32,000 nucleotides of DNA from Promethearchaeota archaeon (GTDB lineage: Archaea > Asgardarchaeota > Lokiarchaeia > Sigyniarchaeales > Promethearchaeaceae): assembly GCA_016933055.1 (NCBI GenBank), contig JAFGBS010000033.1, positions 60,001 to 92,000 of the forward strand, given 5' to 3'. Made by a program: the position numbers and the translations under genes. The notes below the pieces were generated by a model. That model worked only from the letters and a program-made list of their open reading frames with translations. It was not told where the DNA came from and ran no database searches. Within the stretch, counting starts at the first letter, position 1. Every line of letters starts with the position of its first letter. Below, in pieces: positions 1-8,500 of the stretch.

Positions 1-566
1 ATTCCGCTAATAAAAGCCGAATCCCATAAATATGGATGGCCATACGGACCTCCAGGAATGCTAAATACATTGTTTATCTTTCCAAAGGGATGGATTAGGT
101 TTATGTCCAATAATTCATAGATTTTATCAAATGTAGAAACCAATGCTGAATATTCTTCAATATTATCTCCATTTTTGATGGATAGTTTTGGAGGATTTAC
201 AGGCTCTCTAAATGGTTTTGGCAAGATGGATACATATTTCCATATTTTAGTGGAAATAAATCCACATACCGCAATTATCACTAATTCCATCAAAATTAAT
301 AACACACGAATTCCCATATTAGCGGGGATCCATGAATACAGTACAAGCAATATATACAGTGTAATATTAATACCTAGAATTGTAGCAAAAACGAGAAACG
401 GTGCATATCCAAAAATACGAATCAGTGTGAATAATTTAGATTCCTTTAATTGTGCGAGCGCTTTGTTTCTAAACCGTTGCTTCACTTTAAGGAGCATTAA
501 ATTAATAATACCGATAAATACTCCAATGACCAAACTAAGAACGAGTATTAAACCTATATTATCCAT
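1..566 (-). CDS. Membrane-anchored glycoside hydrolase, GH63/MGH1-like or trehalase-like (partial; runs off the window start)
   Basis: Translated by hand; not in the ORF track. ATG at 566 and the frame is open to position 1: MDNIGLILVLSLVIGVFIGIINLMLL... Three hydrophobic helices are followed by ...SIPGGPYGHPYLWDSAFISG, matching the P..Y...W.WDSAF N-terminal motif of (alpha/alpha)6 MGH1-like/GH37/GH63 hydrolases. Confidence 0.7.
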   Translation of the reverse strand, partial: MDNIGLILVLSLVIGVFIGIINLMLLKVKQRFRNKALAQLKESKLFTLIRIFGYAPFLVFATILGINITLYILLVLYSWIPANMGIRVLLILMELVIIAVCGFISTKIWKYVSILPKPFREPVNPPKLSIKNGDNIEEYSALVSTFDKIYELLDINLIHPFGKINNVFSIPGGPYGHPYLWDSAFISG

Positions 567-652
567 GTGGTTGTTTTAATAACACATTAAAAAAAATGTT
601 AGTGTTATACTAATTGGAAGAGTTTTTTTAGGGATAAGGATTTTCCTTATGT

Positions 653-1015
653 ATGTTCCGAAAACGAATCAAACAGATATTTGAGCCCTATATGGGAATA
701 CCCATCGTAAAATATGCTCCAAATGTAAATTTTTTCGGGCAAGAATCTAAGGGATTGGGACAAGTGCGGGGAAATGGAAGTTTAATCTTAACGGATTCTG
801 AACTCTATTTTGAGATGTGGTGGCCTAATCGAAGCTTACGAATCCCTCGACAGATTATTACCAAAATTGAAACTCCAAAATGGCACTTGAAAAAAACAAA
901 GGGCACACCCCTATTAAAGGTATACTTTATCAATAATCAAGGAAAGCAGGATTCTGCTGCTTGGATTGTACCAGATTTGCAAAATTGGGTTAGCATCTTA
1001 ATTGGAAAATTCTAG
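653..1015 (+). CDS. Small hypothetical protein, probable PH-like/GRAM-like beta fold
   Basis: 120-aa ORF filling the gap between two genes. Pattern NFFG..S.G..Q.RGNG.LILT...LYF followed by beta strands and a terminal W-containing helix (DLQNWVSIL), as in PH-like folds. Confidence 0.6.
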   Translation: MFRKRIKQIFEPYMGIPIVKYAPNVNFFGQESKGLGQVRGNGSLILTDSELYFEMWWPNRSLRIPRQIITKIETPKWHLKKTKGTPLLKVYFINNQGKQDSAAWIVPDLQNWVSILIGKF

Positions 1016-1018
1016 ATT

Positions 1019-2503
1019 TTATTTATGTTTTTTCAATCGTAATAAAGCTCTACTTTTATCTCGTATTGCAGCGGCGAGTTGAACTGTTTCCGAGACAGTA
1101 GCTGATAGCGGAATATGAAATAATTCTAATGACTCTCGGATTAAATCATATTTTTCAATATATGGCACGAAACAAACTAATGGTTTAGTTGGATATTTCC
1201 GAGCTGTAATCGCTATTCTTCTTCCTATTTGCACACTAATCTGAGGAGGATAGGGCACCACGATGCATAGAACGATTTCGACTTTCTCTAATTGCATTAA
1301 ATAATCGAGAACGCCGATGATGTCTGCATCCGTACCTGCTCCTGTGATATCAATGGGATTACTAAAACCCCCAATATCAGCTACAGTTGATGTTACACGT
1401 GCTCGCATCTCTTCTTGCTCATGTTCAGTGAATTGGACTAATTCTAAGTCGTATTTGTGTAATAAATCAGAACATACAACACCATGACCTCCTGAAACTG
1501 ATAGAATAGCAACTTTTCCAGATAGACGTTTGTCCAAACGAATCGGCTTCTTGGAAGAAGCGAGAACAGAATAGGTTTTTATGTAATTCAGCACTTCCAT
1601 TTCAGTAATAGGTTGGAGAATTCCATACTGTTTAAAAGCAGATCTAGCCACCTCGAAATTTGTTGCAATACTAGCCGTATGGGATTGAATGGCAGACTTG
1701 CTTGCTTCGGTGGTCCCTCCCGAATAAATAACGATGTCTTTCTTCGTTTTTTTTGACGATTCTAAAAATTGTCTCCCTTCACCCGGTCCAAAACCCTCTA
1801 AATAAAACGAGATTACATCTGTTTCCTTGTCCTCCGCATAATATTCCAGCATATGTACTTCATTGATCACTGCTTTATTTCCGACAGAGACCGCAGAAGA
1901 AACTCCAATTTCCCGAGATTTGAACGCAAGAAAGAATTGATCTAGTAAGATCCCTCCACTTTGAGATACTATACTGACATTACCTTTCGGGGGAAAAACT
2001 AATTTTTCTGATTGCAAAAATATAGAATCGATATAAGGGGGGTTAAATACACCCACACAATTAGGACCTATGAGTGGAACATTATTTTCTAAACACATTT
2101 TTGCTATTTGATTTTGTATTTTTCGTCCCTCTTTCGTTCCCGTTTCTGCGAATCCTCCGCTAATTAAAATTAATCCTTTCACACCTAGAAAAATACATTC
2201 TTCAATAGCAAATACGGCAATATTCGGTTGAACTGCAATAACGGCTATATCAGGTATTTCGGGTAAATTTTTGATTTCCCTATAGATTTTTTGTCCTTCT
2301 ATTTCTCCACCACGTGGATTCACTGCATAGCATTTTTCACCCAAATTCGTCTCAAACACATTTTTAAGAAACGTTGTAGTCCCGGGATTTATGTAATTTT
2401 TTGTAGAAATACCTACAACTACCATAGATTTAGGTCGAAAAATCGGCTCAAGATTAAAATGTACTCCTAATTCTTTTTCAGTAGAGGTTCGAGTTTTTCC
2501 CAT
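1019..2503 (-). CDS. acdA: Acetate/acyl-CoA ligase (ADP-forming), alpha subunit
   Basis: N-terminal CoA-binding domain (IFRPKSMVVVG, AVNP, PDIAVIAV, ISGGFAETG, IGPNCVG), SQSGG and VSVGNKA motifs, phospho-His in SHTAS, C-terminal ligase-CoA domain (SVSGGHGV, NPIDITG). No ATP-grasp domain. Confidence 0.9.
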   Translation of the reverse strand: MGKTRTSTEKELGVHFNLEPIFRPKSMVVVGISTKNYINPGTTTFLKNVFETNLGEKCYAVNPRGGEIEGQKIYREIKNLPEIPDIAVIAVQPNIAVFAIEECIFLGVKGLILISGGFAETGTKEGRKIQNQIAKMCLENNVPLIGPNCVGVFNPPYIDSIFLQSEKLVFPPKGNVSIVSQSGGILLDQFFLAFKSREIGVSSAVSVGNKAVINEVHMLEYYAEDKETDVISFYLEGFGPGEGRQFLESSKKTKKDIVIYSGGTTEASKSAIQSHTASIATNFEVARSAFKQYGILQPITEMEVLNYIKTYSVLASSKKPIRLDKRLSGKVAILSVSGGHGVVCSDLLHKYDLELVQFTEHEQEEMRARVTSTVADIGGFSNPIDITGAGTDADIIGVLDYLMQLEKVEIVLCIVVPYPPQISVQIGRRIAITARKYPTKPLVCFVPYIEKYDLIRESLELFHIPLSATVSETVQLAAAIRDKSRALLRLKKHK

Positions 2504-2649
2504 ATGATTTCTGATAAAAAATTGATATGATTATGTTAAAATTTTATGTAATGACATCATCAAAAATCATTAAATTCGTAGGATTTGACGGAAGCTATTT
2601 ACGATAACTTGCGTTCATTAGTACCAATACTACATGATTGTGACCTATC

Positions 2650-2985
2650 ATGGAAGATGAGCAAAAAAGTGAACCGCTGATCTTATGGTGGAATAGCGAT
2701 TCGGGATCATTTGAACCCACAAAATCGAAAGCAACAGAGGGTGTATTTCTGGAAATGAATGATGAAAATCGACTTTGGTTATTCAGTTATTCTGATGGGA
2801 CAAGCTTAATCATTAGAAGGACGGCGATGAGAAGGGCAAATGAAATCGCTAAAGTGGGATATGTTCATAATGGCGCCCGAAAAGGAGTAGAATACGAGTT
2901 AAAGGAAATCACCGAGGAAGATTTGCCCGAAAGTTTGAAACAAGCTCAACGTGCATGGTATGAACGTAAAAAAGAACAAGAATAA
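2650..2985 (+). CDS. Small protein, candidate single-domain gelsolin-like (Asgard ProGel-type) protein
   Basis: Clean 111-aa ORF. VFLEMND..RLWLF....TSLIIRRTAMRRANEI matches the strand-strand-long-helix pattern of gelsolin repeats. The CDS itself is well supported; the fold call is an inference. Confidence 0.5.
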   Translation: MEDEQKSEPLILWWNSDSGSFEPTKSKATEGVFLEMNDENRLWLFSYSDGTSLIIRRTAMRRANEIAKVGYVHNGARKGVEYELKEITEEDLPESLKQAQRAWYERKKEQE

Positions 2986-3007
2986 TTCGTAAACCTAATT
3001 TTTTTTC

Positions 3008-3868
3008 CTACTGTATTTTTTCTCTTTGCTGGATATGTCGATCTATTGTCGATCCCAGAAGATATCCCTGCTTGTTATATAGTTCTGAGAGTTGAGATGG
3101 TAAACGTGAAAATATACCTTCATATGTATCTATTGGTTTTCCAGGAGATCCCGAATAATAGTTTTTGTTCGAAATTCCCTTCCAATCCTTAATAGCTGCA
3201 GAACGAGGCATTAAGGTATTATTTTTATCAAGATGCACACCTGGCCCAATTATTGTATGGGGAAAAACGGTAGCGTTCTCATCAATCATTACTTTTTTTA
3301 TAGTTAGATTTCCAAATATCGAATCCACAACATGACTTGCGGAAGCGCTTCCTGGATAATAACATACACCATCCCGAATCGTTGCAAATTCCAGTGTAGG
3401 AATCGTTTCCATAAATGTGACATCTTTACCAATAACATTTGCATAACCAACACGCGTTAATACTCGCTTGATCAACCATGGAAAAGGAGATTTATAAGCT
3501 AACCATACTGGAAACTTTATGATATAACCCCGATCATGGTAATATTTCAAATTTTCATCCTCTATATTGCCTTCCTTGAATGTGCGATGGAATACTCCTT
3601 CTATGGGGAGTAAATTCTTAGTCCATCTACGCGTGATGAATGTCGCAAACTCAATGACTAAGAAAATGTATAATAAGATTGCTCCAACTAAAACCATTGG
3701 AAATAGTAACCAACTCCAATACCACGGAATTCCAATCTTTTGGGTCAGTGGGTAATAATATGCGACCAGAAAAAATGAGGGATACAACGGAATTGTGAAA
3801 CTGAAAAAATTTAGAAAGAAATATTTAAGGAGGGGAAGTTGCACATTTTGGTTTCGCTGTTGTGTCAT
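3008..3868 (-). CDS. Membrane protein with a C-terminal left-handed beta-helix (hexapeptide-repeat acyltransferase-like) domain
   Basis: Two N-terminal hydrophobic helices, then hexapeptide-type repeats (VMIDENATVFPHTIIGPGVHLDKNNTL) ending in YSGSPGKPI. Confidence 0.7.
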   Translation of the reverse strand: MTQQRNQNVQLPLLKYFFLNFFSFTIPLYPSFFLVAYYYPLTQKIGIPWYWSWLLFPMVLVGAILLYIFLVIEFATFITRRWTKNLLPIEGVFHRTFKEGNIEDENLKYYHDRGYIIKFPVWLAYKSPFPWLIKRVLTRVGYANVIGKDVTFMETIPTLEFATIRDGVCYYPGSASASHVVDSIFGNLTIKKVMIDENATVFPHTIIGPGVHLDKNNTLMPRSAAIKDWKGISNKNYYSGSPGKPIDTYEGIFSRLPSQLSELYNKQGYLLGSTIDRHIQQREKIQ

Positions 3869-3996
3869 TATGATCTGTATTCATATTTCATATTTCATCT
3901 TTACTTTCATCGATGAGAAGGGGGAACAAATTTTATAATTGAGTATCCCCGATCACTAAGTGTTATTTCGAACCAAATCAAACGAGATGATAATAT

Positions 3997-4791
3997 ATGG
4001 AAAAATTTAAAGGTAAATCTGTATTCTTAACCGGCGGTTCCACCGGAATCGGCCGACAAACTGCACTAGATTTTGCGCGAGAAGGTGCTATGGTGACAAT
4101 TTTTGACATTAACGAATCGGGTGGAACGCAAACCGCTGAAGACTGTAAAGCAGTGGGTGCTGAGAAATCTCTATTCATAAAAGGTGACATTAGCAATTTC
4201 GAAAGTGTTGATGGAGCGATACAAAAAGCATTTGATGAAATGGGGGCGGTAGATATTTTAGTAAATAGTGCTGGAGTATTGCGAGATGCGATGATTCATA
4301 AATTGGAGGAGAAGAACTGGGATTTTGTAATTGCAATTAATCTCAAAGGGACGTTTTTGGCTATTCAAGCGTGTGCAAAACGCTGGATTGAGAAATGCAA
4401 AGAAATGGGAAATTTAAATACTATGGAATACCCTGATCGGAGAATTATAAATATAAGTTCCATGGCGGCAAATGGAAATATCGGACAAATGAACTACAGC
4501 GCATCTAAAGCGGGTGTGATTGGAATGACTCTTACGGCAGCAAAAGAATTAGTCAGATATAATGTCCGCACACATGCGGTTCAACCTACAATGGTCGCAA
4601 CTCCGCTAACGGAGGAACTCCTCACCAAACAAGAAGGCAAATTTAAAGAAATGTATGAGGGACGAATACCGTTCGGAATTGGAAAACCGAGTTATATCAG
4701 TGAAGTTATACTTTTCTTAGCGGGACCCGAATCAATATTTATGAATGGTAATATAATTCCAATTAATGGCGGGAAATTAGGGGATTTATGA
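3997..4791 (+). CDS. Classical short-chain dehydrogenase/reductase, FabG/3-oxoacyl-reductase-like
   Basis: TGGSTGIG Rossmann motif, VNSAG, NISS, catalytic YSASK, GNIGQMNY typical of FabG-like enzymes. Confidence 0.9.
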   Translation: MEKFKGKSVFLTGGSTGIGRQTALDFAREGAMVTIFDINESGGTQTAEDCKAVGAEKSLFIKGDISNFESVDGAIQKAFDEMGAVDILVNSAGVLRDAMIHKLEEKNWDFVIAINLKGTFLAIQACAKRWIEKCKEMGNLNTMEYPDRRIINISSMAANGNIGQMNYSASKAGVIGMTLTAAKELVRYNVRTHAVQPTMVATPLTEELLTKQEGKFKEMYEGRIPFGIGKPSYISEVILFLAGPESIFMNGNIIPINGGKLGDL

Positions 4792-4804
4792 TCACTTCTT
4801 TTCC

Positions 4805-5377
4805 TTAATCTATTAAAAAATCTTTAGGGATTTCTTGCCCTAATCCCTTTTTTTTAAACTCTCGACCCGTATTCACATAATTCTCTGCTTCAATTTTTGC
4901 CATTTCGATTCGTTCTTCTCCATAAAATTTCTTCTTTTCTGCTGGTATACCTGCATACAGACAAAATTTCTCCGTATTACCACGCAAAACTGACCCCCCA
5001 GCTAAAATACATCCTTCTGCGAGATGGGCATCCTGCAATATTGTAGCATGCAAACCTACTGTACAATGATCTTCTACTATGCCTGGGCCATGTACAACCG
5101 CCATATGACCAATAATTATATTAGATCCTATGATGATTTCAGAACCGGGTTCCGTATGAATTACACAATTCTCTTGGATACTGGTATTTTTTCCCACTAT
5201 AATTCTGCCATGATCCCCACGTAATTTGGCACCATACCAAATATTTACATTAGCACCAATTTCCACATTACCAATAATAATTACATCTTCCGCAATAAAA
5301 GCGGTAGAATGGATTTTAGGTTTCGTTCCATCAATAGGATTTTCTCTTATCAATTTTTGGTCTGTCCTCTTTATCAC
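4805..5377 (-). CDS. Gamma-carbonic anhydrase family protein (YrdA/CaiE/PaaY-like)
   Basis: GTG start. IHSTAFIA, IWYGAKLRGD, SIQENCVIH and IIIGHMAVVHG contain all three candidate Zn-ligand histidines; YAGIPA near the end. Confidence 0.9.
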   Translation of the reverse strand: MIKRTDQKLIRENPIDGTKPKIHSTAFIAEDVIIIGNVEIGANVNIWYGAKLRGDHGRIIVGKNTSIQENCVIHTEPGSEIIIGSNIIIGHMAVVHGPGIVEDHCTVGLHATILQDAHLAEGCILAGGSVLRGNTEKFCLYAGIPAEKKKFYGEERIEMAKIEAENYVNTGREFKKKGLGQEIPKDFLID

Positions 5378-5532
5378 AAATATTGATAAATCTGATTTAC
5401 TTTACACACAACACTTCAAAAATCTTCCGATTATGCTTTTCTACCAAATTAGAATAGAAATTTAGGCATAAAAATAAAAACAATATCTTAGTTTTAGTTT
5501 TTAAACAAAAGAATCTCGAAAATGGGATTTAT

Positions 5533-8500
5533 ATGCGTGAAAAAAGGAAGAATATTCTTTATTTAAGTATATCTCTCGTTCTGATAGTATTGTTACCAAC
5601 CATGGCTGAATTCACAAACAATTTTTACACTACATCAATTTTTGATGAAGTTACTAATCCTTTTGATGGATCAGACTCAACACAAATTGATGAAAGGATT
5701 ACTATAATAAATGCTTCGCAATATAATGTATCTGAATATGCTTATTATAGATCACCTAAAACTGATATATTAATAAAAAATGAAAATCTTTCGATGGGAA
5801 TACCAAATAATTGGGAAACATCCGTACTTTCTTTATCTGTCCCGTCTGTTTTTGAAGCCCTGGAAATTTTTAATGACTATGGTTTAAATGGTGATTTTTC
5901 GGGTGGAACTGCAAATCCATGGGAATACTATACCACTCATTCTTGGTACAGTGGAATTCCCATGAGTGAGCCATATGCAAATTTTACGTATGATTCGTTA
6001 GATGAAAATGCATATGCAGATTTTTATGGAGGGAATAAAGGATTTCCCGTGAGAAGTGACTTCACGGAACCTGCTTTTTTTGGCGCTGCATCCACAACAA
6101 TTCCAGATTTCGATAAATCTGATTCAAATCTCGAATTCGGAGAATTGTATGAAGAAGAAACGACCGAATTTTCTATCAATGATGAATTTTTTGAGGACCC
6201 TGAATATAATGTAATTCTTGATCCCTATGGCGGATACCGGGGAAATTCAAAAGTCACAGGAAATTGGATTGCTGGAATTAATGCATTAGAAAATATAATT
6301 GATACAAGATGGTCTTTGTTGTATGGTTATGGTTCACCTAGTGTGTGCTTCAGTACTCCCTTTTACATTCCTTTTGAAGCTGATAGCGTATCAATCACTT
6401 TTCGTTGGAGTGTCGAAAATTTAGGCTATGAATATGCTGATGATTTTTTGGTAGCTTCAAGGATTAATCATCAGTATATTAATGGTAGTGTAGGATTATA
6501 TGGAGAAGATTATTCCGTAGATACTCTTGATTACACTGTTTTAGAATATGATGGTACTAGATCAGGATATGGAAGCGGAGACATAAGGAGCCATGAGTAC
6601 TGGGAGAGAACTTATAACATTACTGAGTTATTAGGACCATATGGATATCATGCAGGATGGCATACTCTCGATTTTGGTATTGCTCTATTGAGTCCAGATA
6701 GCACCGATGATGATGTTATTGTTAATTGGGACTATATTATGATCAATGCTACTCATTATGATTGGTATAAATCCGCAGAATTAAATTTTGAATTTCTTTG
6801 GGAAGATTTAGGGAGCACCGACCCTAATGGAAATCTCGCATTTTCCATATACATTGGAGAAGAGGGAACAGATAATTTCATGAGATATTTTATTGGATAT
6901 AGCACCCAATTACAAGAAGGTAGTTGGAATGAAGCGAGTATAATTCTTCCTCAACACTATCACAAAGCTTTTGAAGTAGATACCTTCAATTTTTTTGTGG
7001 GAATGGAAGATGCTGGACCATTAGTAGGCCCTCCTGAAACAACTGTTGGATTTTACCGAAGATTAACCGTAGATAATTTCTACTTAACCGTTAATTTTGA
7101 CCTAGGTCCCCCTGAAACTTTGGGATTAGAAATGAAACTTAATGATGGAACTAATTGGATGCAAGTCAATAGTACAAACGAGATTTATACTGAAATCCAA
7201 TCTACCACTTTAGAGGTGCAGTTTAATTTAACTACCAATCCTATATCAGATTCATACATTCGGTTTCAAGCTTATATAGTAGCGAAAAAATTTTCTGAAC
7301 ATCAAGCATTTTCAACAGTTAGTATTCACTCATTTAATGACCTATCTGCGCTGTGGAACACAACCTATAACAATACAGAGTCTGTCAATGAATTTGATGA
7401 CCCTTCCTTGTTGGGTGCAAATTCTAAATTTCTACTTTACTTATTGCGATTTGAAAACCTTCCAGCTTTCGATGGGATGGGTGACAATTCTAACGATTGG
7501 AATGTATACCGAGCAGTGGACCCAAATGCACGTGATCAAACCCTCCGGATTATAAAAAATAGTAATGATCCTTTTCTTCAGAACATTACGATATATAACG
7601 CTACGTCAGGGAATCGAGGATCTCTTACACGAGGTTTATGGGAGTTAGATTCAAGTCAGGTTAATTATATGGTTAATGGAAGTCTCTATCTTGATGGTGG
7701 GATCAATAACGAGATATATTATAATGGGGACCTTGCAGAATATCATTTATATGTTAGAAATTCCAGTGGAATTTTTGGAAACTACAAAACTCAAATTTGG
7801 AATGCCACGTTGAATACAACAACGAATTTTCCAAAATACTATTCCAATGTAAATAACGCTACGTATGATTGGACGGTCTTTGATGAGGGAGTAGGATTAT
7901 ACCGGTTGTATAATCTTTGGAATGATACAAATTCCTTAAATCAGACTCGTAGACTTGGATGGTATCGGGACACTTTCGAAGTCTGGCGGCATACCACCGC
8001 TTCAATTCTTGAGGGGACGCTGGGAGTCACTGTAAGCTCAGGCGAATCTGCAGTCTATCATATTCAGTTTAATCAGACTAGTGTTGGTACCTCCGGTGTC
8101 ACTGGTGCGCATATATATGCGTATAATGCAAGTTCTGGTAATTTATGGGGTAGAGATATTCCTCCTTATGTATATCTATTAGATTATTTAACTGATGATT
8201 CTGGAGGCGCCTACACAATCGCCCTGAAAACGATTTCTGTCCCAACTGGAAGCTATCAAGTCAATTTTACTATCTACAAAGCCTTTCATGAAATTTTTAT
8301 AACATTGAATACGGGACTGACGATTACAGGTGCCTTGGGAAGTATGGATATAACCTATAATTCGGGAGCTTTTATCTATCAAGCATCTCCCACAAGATTA
8401 TATTTGGACTCAAATAATATCCCCTACGTAAATGATTCTACAAATTCAGTTATCGAAATAACCTTGGAGGATTCTACTAGCAGTGCACGACTAAGGGATG

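Noticed and set aside
175-579. 134-aa plus-strand ORF
   Set aside because: It is the antisense shadow of the minus-strand glycosidase gene, which has a recognisable motif.
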